This document shows positions 14,501-28,846 of a stretch of 38,356 nucleotides of DNA, piece by piece (positions within the stretch are counted from its first letter, which is position 1; each line of letters starts with the position of its first letter). Below the pieces are notes generated by a model, which saw only the letters and a list, made by a program, of their open reading frames with translations, ran no database searches and was not told where the DNA came from. The position numbers and the translations under genes were made by a program. The DNA comes from Eledone cirrhosa (taxonomy: Eukaryota): assembly GCA_964016885.1 (NCBI GenBank), contig CAXHJY010001224.1:1-38356 (forward strand), read 5' to 3'.

Positions 14501-17500
14501 CACTCTGATTTGCCTATCTGCTGGGTCATTTCTATTTTTAGATATTATTCTAATTTCTATGTTGTCTATGTTACCGTCATGTTGTTGTCTAGCATGTTCG
14601 TATAGTACTGACCCGTTTTTTCGTCCTTTTAGTTCCCCCTGTGTTGGTCTATCTTTTCACCTATGCTACGAGCTGTCTCACCTATGTATGTTGTTGTCAT
14701 GTTTCTGCAAGTACCCTCTGTACATCTTATGCTATAGACTACGTTTCTAGTTTTACAGTTTATCCGGCGGTTCACCTTACATATGATACATTTCCTATTG
14801 GTACAGTGGGTTTTCTTAAAAGGGTAGGTTTTGCTGATCAGGGATTTTATGGTGGTTCCTGGATTTTCTACCACCTTTATTTTTAAGTGGGTCTTTCTCA
14901 GGGCCTTTCTACACTGGTTAGCTAATTTCACTCCAGGGGTAGAGTCCACAAACATGACACTCTGGTATCTCTGGTTGTCGTACCATGAGGTGGCTTTCCC
15001 TATCTTATGTCTAGCCCTATCTAAGCTATTCCATGATTTGCTCCTGTATAATGTGCAAATTCCTTTCATGTCCAGTTCTATGAGGGTCTTATACTTTTCC
15101 ATGGCTCCTTCGTATACTCTGACTCTGTCTCTTTGGTTGTAGCCAGAGAACTACATGCGGTTGATGAAGTGTTGGATGTGTCATTCCATTTCTGTTGGGT
15201 CGCACATGCGGGACACATTCTTCATCACTTGTACCAAATCTGCGATCAGAATATTAAACTTAGCACTACTGGACATTGATGAGTTTTTGAGTATCAGGTA
15301 TTTGGAGGCCATGGGTTTAGCATAGTGTGAGTGGAGAATTTGGGCTCTCTCGTCTATAGTGTTAATCCAGAGTTCTGAGTCTAATACAGGTAGTCTATTG
15401 TTAGGGTGTTTGGAAGGGAAGTCGATAGTTACAGTTATACTCTGGTGTATGGAATTAGCTATCTGCTGGATGCTTTCCATCGTGCTACGTTCTAAATCAA
15501 ACTTGTTAGTGGTCTCTAGTGGGGGTGTTATAACTATATTGATATCGTCTACATAACGAGAGTACATGATGAGGTCTATGGAGCTCTCATTAAGGAGATC
15601 TTTAAGTCTCCTTTCCCACCATACCATGAAAAGGTTGGCAACATCACCAGCTATGCTGACGCCGATGGCTGCTCCCTCATTTTGGGTGTAGATCTTCTCG
15701 TTGAACTTAAATATGTGGCCCTTGAGGGTAGTTTTGATACTAGCCCCTATTGCATGTGCGCCATCTTTCTTACCTGATCATTGTTTTGGTGGGTCCGTAT
15801 AGCTTTGGTCCACCCAATCCACCTTCCCATGTGAGTCTTTTTTGCCATTGAGGTTATGGTGGGGGTCTACCTCTTATAGGTCTACTAGGGCAGAAACATC
15901 TAAGGTCATGGCTGTCTAGGTAGTCAGTGTCGTAGGTAAGTCTAAGTAGGAAGCCCAGTTCGTCTGTGTCGACGTCGCAGAACTCCACCTCACTCTCAAT
16001 GATCATCTCCACACATCTTTTCACAGCAAAATCAATGTTAATGGATGGGTACAGTGACACCACATCCATGCTGCCTATTATGCAGTTGGATAGGCTCCTG
16101 TTTTTGTTGCACTCACTGATTCTGCTGAGGAGGTCCTCTGTACTGTCACATACATCTGGGGACATCTTGATTATGGGGCGTATAACCATTGAGAGGAAGT
16201 AGGAGATCCTGTAGTTGCTAGCTATATTAGCTCCGCATAGGGGTCTTGTTGGTGGTCCTGTTGTCGGGTCGTCGACTGTCTTGTGGTCTTTGCGGAGCCC
16301 ATACAAGGGTGATATGCCATTGTTAGACGCCTGGAAGTTGTTGGCAGTGCGTCTGCTTGGCTTTAGGATGTCAGTCCACATCATCATGTGAGCGTTGAGG
16401 ATTTTCTCTCTCCCATCGTGTGTCTGTTGTGCAATTTCGCTCGTGTTGGTGATGTGGGGTTGCATAGCCTCGATGTAGTTCGGCATGCTATCTATTGACA
16501 TTCTACCAGACTTATCCGTGGGTAGACATACTACCTCACCATCCCTTGTGCGCTGCTTGAGGCTAACCATGCCTTTTACAGGTTTCCTCCCAAGTTGTTG
16601 GGCCTCTGGTCTGCTCTGTCTCTTTGTATACCTGTCTACTATTTGTCTAATCTTATTTCTAGCTATGGCGAACTGTGCCTCTGTCTCGTCATCTATTTGT
16701 TGTGGTATGCAAACTCTTTTATTAAAGGGTAACCTCGTAGGATAGATATTACCCATCTTATATGTTTTGTCAGCTGGGTTGAAAAATAGTTTCTCTAAGG
16801 GGTTGTCATTATATCTATCGTCATAGTTGTGTGTGTTGCTATTATTGTTATCATGGTGGTTGTTGTTGTTTCTATCATTAGCATTATTATTATTGTTATG
16901 ATTGCTAGATGTATTGTTGTTTACTTCGCCGTTATTGTTGTTGTTACTGTTATTTCTACCATTGTGGTTGTTACTTTTATTATGTTTCTTGTTTTTGTTG
17001 TGTCTATCATTGATGTTGCTACATGTATTGTTTCCATTATTACCACTGTGGTTATTGTTGTTGTTCGTATTGTTACCGTTATTACTACTGTGGTCGCTGC
17101 TGCTGTGTCTGTGGTTAATGTTTCTATTATTATTATTATTGTGGTTGTTGTTGTTCTGTCTATCGCTAGTATTATCACTACTGTGGTCGCTGCTGCTGTG
17201 TCTGTGGTTAATGTTTCTATTATTATTATTATTATTGTGGTTGTTGTTGTTCTGTCTATCGCTAGTATTATTACCATTATCACTATTTCTCACTTTCCTG
17301 CTATTGTTATAGTTATGGCTGTTATTTCTATACTCAGAGTTATTGTTTATATTACTACTACCGTTATTATTGTTGTTGTTGTTGTTTACCTTTGCATTCC
17401 AACGTATTTTTGTGAAACACTTTTCCAGCTCCGTTTTGCACTCCATAGGGTTAATCTTTTTGTAGATGGCAAATTTTGGTGGTAGCCGCAGGATTTGTTG

Positions 17501-18300
17501 TTCTTGTTCACTGATTAAAGTGTTCCCATAGATATTTACTGTGTGGTCATTGGTAAATTCTTCCGGTAGTTTTACATCAGTCATACGGATATTGTCGATG
17601 TTATCTGGGTATTTTTGAGAATATTCGATTTTCCTTTCTTGTAGTTTTTTCTTAATCATCCATTCTAATTTCTTATTGAAATGCCCATTGCAGTCGTTTC
17701 GAGCGTATTTCGTTTCACGTCGGATGACGCTCGTGAAGTTATCTCTCTCGTTTGCTGTGATGAGATCTCGGATTTCCTTACCGTTAATGCGTTTTTGTCT
17801 GTAAAGTGCGTTGACTTTTGTGTATGTTGTTCTTTTCATATTAACTGTTATTGTGTGTTTTAGTCGTTCGGCTTGTGTTTTGTTCAATAATAAATTATTT
17901 ACTTGTTTTGATATGTTTGTTGTGTATGTTTTGGAGGAAACAGTGTTTTAAGAAGCGGATTTGTTCTGTTGTTATTGTAGTTTTTATATAACAGAAAACA
18001 GTGTCTTTCAATAACCTTTCAGCTTGGCACAAGTTAATGCCATAGCGGCGATGAATTAGTTTCGCGAGGTTTTTTATATGAAATCGTGTGTCGAAACAAA
18101 TATTGTTATACTTGGGGAGGGTCATATTTGTGTAATATTGCCAGAATTAATAACAGAACACACTGACTGTTTGGTTGGTTTTCGCTTCTCGCTTCTGTGT
18201 CTTTCATATCGGTAATCTAACTTACTCGGTCCTCAATGTTGCCATTGACTGACCGACAGTCAAAAATAATACAGATACAATATAGACACAAACACATATA
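14501..18300 (-). mobile_element. Decayed Penelope-like retroelement (RT + C-terminal GIY-YIG endonuclease)
   Basis: Across broken ORFs 17895..18125, 15854..17887, 15181..15627 and 14629..15102: PTDKSGR, LYGLRKDHK, PTRP, GSMDVVSLYPSI, YTQNEGAAIG, RYVDDI, LPVLD, HYAKPMAS, CTNRKCIIC, NVVYSIRC...YIGETARS. Its ends match 31201-31400 and 31831-31898. Confidence 0.92.
16800..17385 (-). repeat. In-frame Asn-rich (AAC/AAT) trinucleotide tract inside the PLE ORF
   Basis: About 190 Asn-rich codons with no stop, including a duplicated SDRQNNNNHNNNNNRNINHRHSSSDHSS block. Confidence 0.9.
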
Positions 18301-18850
<550 letters not shown>

Positions 18851-21800
18851 TATATCTATCTATCTATCTAAGGCGGGTAAAATTCCCGAGATCCATGGAC
18901 GAGTTCTCTCCAGCGGTCTCTGTCCCTCATTATCGCTGCCATGTCCTGCGTCTCCAACAGACCAGTGTCTGTCCTTAGGGCATCAACATATGTTAACCTT
19001 GGTCTTCCTCTTCCAGTGTGTCCATGTAGGGGCTCCCAAAGGAGCACGGAGTGCAATGTCAACTCTGGATGTCGGTGAGCATGTCCAGCCAACCTCAGTC
19101 TCCTCTGTGTCACTTTTGAGCTGACTTTTGGGAGGCTCCCATACAGCTCTGAGTTTTTCATCCTCAGTGTATACTGATTAATGTTCAGAGCCATCCTCAG
19201 CATTCTCGTGTAGCACCCATCCACCATCTGAGTGAGTCTCTTGGTCAGTGTCCAAGTCTCAGACCCATACAGCAGCACAGACTCCACTACAGCAATGAAG
19301 AGGCGGATTTTCAGGTCTCTACGAAGGTCCGACTTCCACACCGATCTCAAGCTGTGGCACGCCGCCCAGGCCTTGCTCTTCCTCTCAACCACATCATCTT
19401 CCGTATTCCCAATCTTTGCTCCCAAATACAGGAAGTCCTCAACCAATTCCAGCGGCTTCCCGCCTACATTAGTGATCCCCTCTGGCTTCTCAACATTCTC
19501 TACCAGATATTTTGTTTTAGTCTCATTCATTCTCAGCCCCACACTCATCGACACAGTCTCAACCTCCCGCATCAAATCCTCTGCCTCCTTCACTGTATTT
19601 GTCACCAAAACTATGTCGTCGGCAAATTCAGCATCCGATACCTTTTTCGCCCCAACTCTCCTGCTCTGAGCCGGTGCTACAGTAAAGCCAGAGTCCTGGT
19701 GTTTCTCCAGTGCAAGGCGCATACAATAGTCCACTACGATGATAAAAAGGTAGGGAGCCAATGTATCTCCCTGGAGCACTCCAGCCAGTATCTCAAAGAA
19801 CTCTGTCATCCCATCAGGTGTAATGACTTGGGCTTTGGTGTTGGTGTAGAGCAGTGATATCAGGTCCACTATCCTCTTGGGGATTCCATAAGCCTGTAAG
19901 ATCTTCATCAGGCAGTAACGGTCCACAGAATCAAAGGCCTTCCTAAAGTCAATGAAAACCATGACCGCAGGAAGGCACTTTGCTCTAGCTCCCTCTAATA
20001 TCCTCCTCAGCATCAGGATGTGACTGGTGGTTGATCTACCCTCTCTGAAGCCGTTCTGGTTGTCCCTGAGCTTCTTCTCCATCTCAGGCTGGATCCTGTT
20101 AAGAATCATCCTGTTGAGGGTCTTTGCCACAAGTGACGTCAGTGAGATCCCCCGGTAGTTGTTGGTGTTAGAGAGATCTCCCTTCTTTGGCACTGGGACG
20201 ATGTTACTGATCCTCCACTGATTCGGGGCAACTCCTTTCTCCAGTGCCCCGTTACAGAACCCCAGGATGATATCATCAAAATCACACCACTTCATCACCT
20301 CTGATGCTACTCCATCTTCTCCATGAGCCTTGCCCTCCTTGATCTTCTTCTTGGCTCTCTGAAGCTCCTCTCTGGTGAAGGGCTCTGTCTCAACATCCAG
20401 TTCCTCAAACAGCCGCCTGATCTCCCCAGTGCTCTGGGCTGTGGAGGGTGGCTCTCCTAGTAGGGTCCTAAAATGGTCTAGCCATTTCCTCTTCCTATCC
20501 TCGGGCCCCGTTCCCTGGATCTGACTCGAACACCTTTTCTTCCTCCCTGTGATCTCGTTGATGATCATCCAGCTCTCCTTACATCCAGATCTGTCAACCG
20601 CTCTCTCCACACTTCTGATCTTCTCTATCAGTGCCTCCTCTCTGACCTCAGTGTAAGCGGTACAGAGCTCTTCCCTCATCACCTCCACAGTCTCCATCCT
20701 CTCCTCCGTAGGATCAGCATAGAATTGGTCCCTGGCAGCTTTCAGGTGTTCTCTGGCTGCACACACTTTTGGGTCTGCAGAGCTGACGTGCTTCCCTTTG
20801 TTCTTTTTCCTCGGCACCAGGGTTTCACTTGCTTTCGCCACTGCATTGGTGAAGTGCCCGTACCTCCTCGTCACACTCTCCTCAGTCCATCCAATCTCTC
20901 TCTCCTCTGACTCTCCACACAGAGCACTAAACCTGTTTCTCACTTCCACTGTGAACCTCTCCTGTAGCTTATCATCTTCCTTGAAAGCTCCCCAGTCATA
21001 GATTGTTCTCCGGGGCTGAGCCTTGCTCTTTCTTAAGCTCACGCGGACCTCACTCATAACAAGCCGGTGGTCACTACCCAGTGTACTGAAATAGCTGTAT
21101 GGTTCCGTGTTCAGAACACTATTCCGCCACTTTTTCCTCACCAGAATGAAATCAATCTGGGACTTGGACAGGTGCATATCTGAGATGTAGGTCCACATCT
21201 TCCCCAGATTCTTCCTAAACCTTAGGTTGGTCGCCATCAAGTTCGCCTCCAGCAGGGTGTCTCTCAGTAGTCTTCCATTTCGGTTGGTGTTGTTATGGAA
21301 GTACCAGCAAGGATCTTCACTGCCCTCCTTACTCAGATGTGCATTGAAGTCCCCCAAAACAAGCAGGATATTGTGTGCCTGAGTGGTGTTGACAGCTCTA
21401 CACACTTCCTCATGGAACTCCTCGGCATTCACATCACTGTCCCCCTCGGTTGGACTATAGGCTGAGATGACTGTCAGTCTTGGGTTTCCATTGAAGGTCA
21501 CCCTCAACACTCGCGGGGAGATAGGCATTATTTCCCTCACCAACAGATTGGTTTTTGCACTGAACACAAAACCCACTCCTCCTACTGCAGCATTTGTTGT
21601 GTTCTTCACTGCCGATGTAGTGATGAGCTGGCTCTTCCTCCCGATCATCACACTCCTCACGGGCTCATCGTGTAGAATCCTGTGTTCTTGGATCGCAAGT
21701 ATCTGTATACCACTCTCCTCGAACAGATGTCCCAACTCCTCTCTCTTCTCCAGCGTTCGAATAGTCCTCACATTCAAAGTGCCCATTTTGATGGCTCTTC

Positions 21801-22177
21801 TGCAGGACAAAACTGCATTCTTTATATTTGTCTCAGAGACAGCTGATCCATCATCCACTGGCCCTCTCTGTGGCTCTAAGCCAGCAGAGTCATAACGACC
21901 AGGCTGCTCCTTGACAGTGTAATTAGGGGCTCTAACCCTAGTGCTGTTAGATCGACTCTCCATATTTCTTTTCAATGGCTGACAATACCTTACCGGCGCC
22001 ACTCGAATAAGGTAGTTATTTAACCCATAAATGGAGCCCTAACAGGTACTACCACCCCGGGCCAGGGCAGACCTGGGAGTCATGACAACTAAGGGGTAAC
22101 TCCATATTCCCCACATCTCCTGAACTCCCGAACTGGAGCCTTGCCACTGGATGTAGTTTAATGTCATACCCAAGACA
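18851..22177 (-). mobile_element. Apparently full-length RTE-clade non-LTR retrotransposon
   Basis: About 210-bp 5' UTR, a single EN+RT ORF, and a stop codon running straight into a (TAGA)n tail; flanked on both sides by TA microsatellite. Confidence 0.9.
18868..21963 (-). CDS. APE endonuclease-reverse transcriptase polyprotein (RTE), uninterrupted
   Basis: EN motifs GTLNVRT, LAIQEHR, YSPT, LGDFNA, QIDFIL, SDHRLV; RT motifs [36 protein letters not shown]; RTE-type C-terminus GRGRPRLTY. The first ATG is at 21963 (the track start at 22002 is GTG). Confidence 0.93.
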   Translation of the reverse strand: MESRSNSTRVRAPNYTVKEQPGRYDSAGLEPQRGPVDDGSAVSETNIKNAVLSCRRAIKMGTLNVRTIRTLEKREELGHLFEESGIQILAIQEHRILHDEPVRSVMIGRKSQLITTSAVKNTTNAAVGGVGFVFSAKTNLLVREIMPISPRVLRVTFNGNPRLTVISAYSPTEGDSDVNAEEFHEEVCRAVNTTQAHNILLVLGDFNAHLSKEGSEDPCWYFHNNTNRNGRLLRDTLLEANLMATNLRFRKNLGKMWTYISDMHLSKSQIDFILVRKKWRNSVLNTEPYSYFSTLGSDHRLVMSEVRVSLRKSKAQPRRTIYDWGAFKEDDKLQERFTVEVRNRFSALCGESEEREIGWTEESVTRRYGHFTNAVAKASETLVPRKKNKGKHVSSADPKVCAAREHLKAARDQFYADPTEERMETVEVMREELCTAYTEVREEALIEKIRSVERAVDRSGCKESWMIINEITGRKKRCSSQIQGTGPEDRKRKWLDHFRTLLGEPPSTAQSTGEIRRLFEELDVETEPFTREELQRAKKKIKEGKAHGEDGVASEVMKWCDFDDIILGFCNGALEKGVAPNQWRISNIVPVPKKGDLSNTNNYRGISLTSLVAKTLNRMILNRIQPEMEKKLRDNQNGFREGRSTTSHILMLRRILEGARAKCLPAVMVFIDFRKAFDSVDRYCLMKILQAYGIPKRIVDLISLLYTNTKAQVITPDGMTEFFEILAGVLQGDTLAPYLFIIVVDYCMRLALEKHQDSGFTVAPAQSRRVGAKKVSDAEFADDIVLVTNTVKEAEDLMREVETVSMSVGLRMNETKTKYLVENVEKPEGITNVGGKPLELVEDFLYLGAKIGNTEDDVVERKSKAWAACHSLRSVWKSDLRRDLKIRLFIAVVESVLLYGSETWTLTKRLTQMVDGCYTRMLRMALNINQYTLRMKNSELYGSLPKVSSKVTQRRLRLAGHAHRHPELTLHSVLLWEPLHGHTGRGRPRLTYVDALRTDTGLLETQDMAAIMRDRDRWRELVHGSREFYPP

Positions 22178-22215
22178 TATACGTATATATATATACATAT
22201 ATATATACGTATATA

Positions 22216-22249
<34 letters not shown>

Positions 22250-22251
22250 CG

Positions 22252-22283
<32 letters not shown>

Positions 22284-22763
22284 CATATACGTATATATAT
22301 ATATATACATATATATATACGTATATATATATATACATATATATATACGTATATATATATATACATATACGTATATATATATATATACATATATATACAT
22401 ACGTATATATATACATATATATATATACATATATACATATATATATATACGTATATATATATATATATACATACATATACATACATATATATACATATAT
22501 ACATACATATATATACATATATACATATATATACATATGTATACATACCTATATATACATATATACATATATATACATATATATACATACATATATATAC
22601 ATATATACATATATATACATATATATATACATACATATATATACATATATATACATATATACATATATACATATATATACATATATATACACACATATAT
22701 ATATGTATATGTATATATATATGTATATATATGTATATATATATATGTATATGTATATATATG

Positions 22764-22878
22764 TAAGTTGAAAAAAATGAAAACGAAATTTCATTTCTCA
22801 CTCTTAGTATACCACTTACTTAAATGTAAGTATGTATGTATACGTACATACATATATGTATACAGACGTACAGTAGCA

Positions 22879-22928
<50 letters not shown>

Positions 22929-23839
22929 TGTACACATATGCATACAGGTACACATACATATATGCATGCATCAGTTTAGCCGACGTTTATTATAACGCCT
23001 GCTTTGTTCGTTTGTTTGTCAACAAATCGAACAGCCTGAATTTATGCCATACGGTGTTAAGGCAACCACGTCACCTTTTTGTTCAACACTTACACAGGAA
23101 CGATGTACTAGTTTCAAGCTTGTTAGCTATCATCAGCACCGTTTACCCATCTGCCAGATAGTTGAACGTTCGAAAGTATATACTTTCCTTATGAAAATTA
23201 ACGGCTGAGCAGCCTAATTTGCATATTGAGTGAGTTAAATCGGTCAGGCATACCGAAAACGATAAGTTGAAAAAATGAAAACGAAATTTCATTTCTCACT
23301 CTTAGTATGGCACTTACTTAAATGTAAGTATGTATGTATACGTACATACATATATGTATACAGACGTACCATAGCATGCATATATATATATATACACATC
23401 TGCATACAGGTACACATACATATATGCACGCATCAGTTTAGCCGACGTTTATTATAACGCCTGCTTTGTTCGTTTGTTTGTCAACAAATCGAACAGCCTG
23501 AATTTATGCCATACGGTGTTAAGGCAACCACGTCACCTTTTTGTTCAACACTTACACAGGAACGATGTACTAGTTTCAAGCTTGTTAGCTATCATCAGCA
23601 CCGTTTACCCATCTGCCAGATAGTTGAACGTTAGAAAGTATATACTTTCCTTATGAAAATTAACGGCTGAGCAGCCTAATTTGCATATTGAGTGAGTTAA
23701 ATCGGTCAGGCATACCGAAAACGATAAGTTGAAAAAAATGAAAACGAAATTTCATTTCTCACTCTTAGTATGGCACTTTCTTAAATGTAAGTATGTATGT
23801 ATACGTACATACATATATGTATACAGACGTACCGTAGCA

Positions 23840-23884
<45 letters not shown>

Positions 23885-24787
23885 GCATACAGGTACACAT
23901 ACATATATGCACGCATCAGTTTAGCCGACGTTTATTATAACGCCTGCTTTGTTCGTTTGTTTGTCAACAAATCGAACAGCCTGGATTTATGCCATACGGT
24001 GTTAAGGCAACCACGTCACCTTTTTGTTCAACACTTACACAGGAACGATGTACTAGTTTCAAGCTTGCTAGCTATCATCAGCACCGTTTACCCATCTGCC
24101 AGATAGTTGAACGTTCGAAAGGATATACTTTCCTTATGAAAATTAACGGCTGAGAAGCCTAATTTGCATATTGAGTGAGTTAAATCGGTCAGGCATACCG
24201 AAAACGTTAAGTTGAAAAAATGAAAACGAAATTTCATTTCTCACTCTTAGTATGGCACTTACTTAAATGTAAGTATGTATGTATACGTACATACATATAT
24301 GTATACAGACGTACCGTAGCATGCATATATATATATATACACATCTGCATACAGGTACACATACATATATGCACGCATCAGTTTAGCCGACGTTTATTAT
24401 AACGCCTGCTTTGTTCGTTTGTTTGTCAACAAATCGAACAGCCTGAATTTATGCCATACGGTGTTAAGGCAACCACGTCACCTTTTTGTTCAACACTTAC
24501 ACAGGAACGATGTACTAGTTTCAAGCTTGTTAGCTATCATCAGCACCGTTTACCCATCTGCCAGATAGTTGAACGTTCGAAAGTATATACTTTCCTTATG
24601 AAAATTAACGGCTGAGCAGCCTAATTTGCATATTGAGTGAGTTAAATCGGTCAGGCATACCGAAAACGATAAGTTGAAAAAAATGAAAACGAAATTTCAT
24701 TTCTCACTCTTAGTATGGCACTTACTTAAATGTAAGTATGTATGTATACGTACATACATATATGTATACAGACGTACCGTAGCATGC

Positions 24788-24821
<34 letters not shown>

Positions 24822-25259
24822 GCATACAGGTACACATACATATATGCACGCATCAGTTTAGCCGACGTTTATTATAACGCCTGCTTTGTTCGTTTGTTTG
24901 TCAACAAATCGAACAGCCTGGATTTATGCCATACGGTGTTAAGGCAACCACGTCACCTTTTTGTTCAACACTTACACAGGAACGATGTACTAGTTTCAAG
25001 CTTGTTAGCTATCATCAGCACCGTTTACCCATCTGCCAGATAGTTGAACGTTCGAAAGGATATACTTTCCTTATGAAAATTAACGGCTGAGAAGCCTAAT
25101 TTGCATATTGAGTGAGTTAAATCGGTCAGGCATACCGCAAACGATAAGTTAAAAAAAATGAAAACGAAATTTCATTTCTCACTCTTAGTATGGCACTTAC
25201 TTAAATGTAAGTATGCATGTATACGTGAATACATATATGTATACAGACGTACAGTAGCA

Positions 25260-25345
<86 letters not shown>

Positions 25346-25414
25346 TATACACATATGCATACAGGTACACATATATATATGCACGCATCAGTTTAGCCGA
25401 CGTTTATTGTAACG
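22764..25414 (-). repeat. Tandem array of ~462-499-bp units (5 full + 1 partial), retrozyme-like
   Basis: Units start at 22764, 23263, 23725, 24208, 24670 and 25145; length differs mainly by an internal (TA)n; one hammerhead motif per full unit. Confidence 0.95.
23099..23143 (-). ncRNA. Type I hammerhead ribozyme (also 23561-23605, 24044-24088, 24506-24550, 24981-25025)
   Basis: Minus strand: AACGGTG-CTGATGA-T-AGCT-AACA-AGCT-T-GAA-ACTAGT-A-CATCGTT; 7-bp stem I with a G-U pair, palindromic minimal helix III, GUA site, U-U at 10.1/11.1. Confidence 0.85.
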
Positions 25415-25446
25415 TATACATACATACTTACATATATATATGTATA

Positions 25447-25497
<51 letters not shown>

Positions 25498-25879
25498 GTA
25501 TATATATATATATATGTATATATATGTATATATATGTATATATATATATATGTATATATATGTATATATAAATATATATGTATATATGTATATATATTTA
25601 TATATGTATATATATTTATATATGTGTATATATGTATATATATGTGTATATATGTATATATATGTATATATATATATGTATATATATATATGTATATATG
25701 TATATGTATATATATGTATATATATGTATATATATGTATATATATGTATATATACGTATATATATATATATACATATATATACATACATATACATACATA
25801 TATATACATATATACATATATATACATATATACATATATATACATACATATACATACATATATATACATATATACATAT

Positions 25880-27765
25880 GGATGTATATATAATGTATTT
25901 TGCAATACACTTTATGCTTAATTAAAAGCATTTTGAAGACCGTAAGCTATTGTTTTAAAGTAGTGACGAATTCACTCACTTTGATCTCAGCAAACAGGGG
26001 AGATAAGCCGACATGACATGTTTCGCTTTTGTTGAAGCTTATCAAGGCCAACTACCCCACCTGTCTACTGAGATCAATGATGTTATAATCTTATAGAGGT
26101 CTAGTAAATAATCAGGAGCTGATTATGCAGAGCGGTTGTTGGTCAGGCAGAAATTAAAAATTAGAATTGGAGCTCTGAAATAGCAATATATATATGGATG
26201 TATATATAATGTATTTTGCAATACACTTTATGCTTAATTAAAAGCATTTTGAAGACCGTAAGCTATTGTTTTAAAGTAGTGACAAATTCACTCACTTTGA
26301 TCTCAGCAAACAGGGGAGATAAGCCGACATGACATGTATCGCTTTTGTTGAAGCTTATCAAGGCCAACTACCTCACCTGTCTACTGAGATCAATGATGTT
26401 ATATTCTTATAGAAATCTAGTAAATAATCAGGAGCTGATTATGCAGAGCGGTTGTTGGTCAGGCAGAAATTAAAAATTAGAATTGGATCTCTGAAATAGC
26501 AATATATATATGGATGTATGTATAATATATTTTGCAATACACTTTATGCTTAATTAAAAGCATTTTGAAGACCGTAAGCTATTGTTTTAAAGTAGTGACA
26601 AATTCACTCACTTTGATCTCAGCAAACAGGGGAGATAAGCCGACATGACATGTTTCGCTTTTGTTGAAGCTTATCAAGGCCAACTACCTCACCTGTCTAC
26701 TGAGATCAATGATGTTATATTCTTATAGAAATCTAGTAAATAATCAGGAGCTGATTATGCAGAGCGGTTGTTGGTCAGGCAGAAATTAAAAATTAGAATT
26801 GGAGCTCTGAAATAGCAATATATATATGGATGTATATATAATGTATTTTGCAATACACTTTATGCTTAATTAAAAGCATTTTGAAGACCGTAAGCTATTG
26901 TTTTAAAGTAGTGAAAAATTCACTCACTTTGATCTCAGCAAACAGGTGAGATAAGCCGACATGACATGTTTCGCTTTTGTTGAAGCTTATCAAGGCCAAC
27001 TACCCCACCTGTCTACTGAGATCAATGATGTTATATTCTTATAGAAATCTAGTAAATAATCAGGAGCTGATTATGCAGAGCGGTTGTTGTTCAGGCAGAA
27101 ATTAAAAATTAGAATTGGAGCTCTGAAATAGCAATATATATATGGATGTATATATAATGTATTTTGCAATACACTTTATGCTTAATTAAAAGCATTTTGA
27201 AGACCGTAATCTATTGTTTTAAAGTAGTGACAAATTCACTCACTTTGATCTCAGCAAACAGGGGAGATAAGCCGACATGACATGTTTCGCTTTTGTTGAA
27301 GCTTATCAAGGCCAACTACCCCACCTGTCTACTGAGATCAATGATGTTATATTCTTATAGAAATCTAGTAAATAATCAGGAGCTGATTATGCAGAGCGGT
27401 TGTTGGTCAGGCAGAAATTAAAAATTAGAATTGGAGCTCTGAAATAGCAATATATATATGGATGTATATATAATGTATTTTGCAATTTTTAATTTCTGCC
27501 TGACCAACAACCGCTCTGCATAATCAGCTCCTGATTATTTACTAGATTTCTATAAGAATATAACATCATTGATCTCAGTAGACACGTCGGGTAGTTGGCC
27601 TTGATAAGCTTCAACAAAAGCGAAACATGTCATGTCGCCTTATCTCCCCTGTTTGCTGAGATCAAAGTGAGTAAATTTGTCACTACTTTAAAACAATAGC
27701 TTTCGGTCTTCAAAATGCTTTTAATTAAGCATAAAGTGTATTGCAAAATAATTATATATACATCC
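25880..27765 (-). repeat. Tandem array of 316-bp units (5 full + stub) ending in an inverted copy, retrozyme/pLTR-like
   Basis: GGATG unit starts at 25880, 26196, 26512, 26828, 27144 and 27460; an inverted near-full unit spans about 27484-27765. Confidence 0.95.
25981..26077 (-). ncRNA. Type I hammerhead ribozyme, U3-A8 variant, long stem I (repeats every 316 bp; inverted copy near 27569-27665 on +)
   Basis: Minus strand: TTGATCTCAGTAGACAGG...GGCC-TTGATAA-GCTT-CAACAA-AAGC-GAA-ACAT-GTC-ATGT-C-GGCT...CCTGTTTGCTGAGATCAA; GUC site; the 18-bp distal stem pairs fully (with G-U) only on the minus strand. Confidence 0.85.
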
Positions 27766-27951
27766 ATATATATACATATATACATATATATACATCCATA
27801 TATATACATATATACATATATATACATACATATACATATATATATATACATATATATACATACATATATACATACATACACATATACATATATATACATA
27901 TATATACATATATATACATATATATACATATATATACATACATATATATAC

Positions 27952-28008
<57 letters not shown>

Positions 28009-28134
28009 TATACATATATACACATATATAAATATATATACATATATAAATATATATACATATATACATATATATATATATACATATATATACATATATA
28101 TACATATATATACAATATATATATATATATATAT

Positions 28135-28165
<31 letters not shown>

Positions 28166-28414
28166 TACATATATATACATATATATATACATATATATAC
28201 ATATATATATACATATATATACATATATATATACATATATATACATATATATATACATATATATACATATATATACATATATATATACATATATACATAT
28301 ATAAACATATATATACATATATATACATATATATACATATATATACATATATATACATATACATATATATACATATATATATATACATATATATACATAT
28401 ATATATATATATAC

Positions 28415-28467
<53 letters not shown>

Positions 28468-28522
28468 CATATATATTCATATACATATATATATATATAT
28501 CTACATATATATATACATATAC

Positions 28523-28554
<32 letters not shown>

Positions 28555-28596
28555 ATATATACATATACATATACACATACATATATACATATACAT

Positions 28597-28631
<35 letters not shown>

Positions 28632-28728
28632 TACGTATACATATATATACATATACATATATATATATATACATATACATATATATATATATACATATAC
28701 ATATATATATACATATATATACATATAC

Positions 28729-28760
<32 letters not shown>

Positions 28761-28788
28761 ATATATACATATACATATATATATATAC

Positions 28789-28846
<58 letters not shown>

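Noticed and set aside
19232-21895. Plus-strand ORFs opposite the RTE ORF, and similar antisense ORFs over the CR1 and PLE
   Set aside because: Antisense shadows of real coding sequence with no motifs of their own.
22020-22177. HDV-like ribozyme in the RTE 5' leader (GAC-TCCCAG-GTC resembles P3/L3)
   Set aside because: Some RTEs have one, but I could not build convincing P1, P2 and J4/2 elements by eye; needs a descriptor search.
22764-27765. Tandem arrays as CRISPR arrays or repeated small genes (e.g. [10 protein letters not shown]...)
   Set aside because: Units are hundreds of bp and nearly identical with no unique spacers; the ORFs change frame with (TA)n length.
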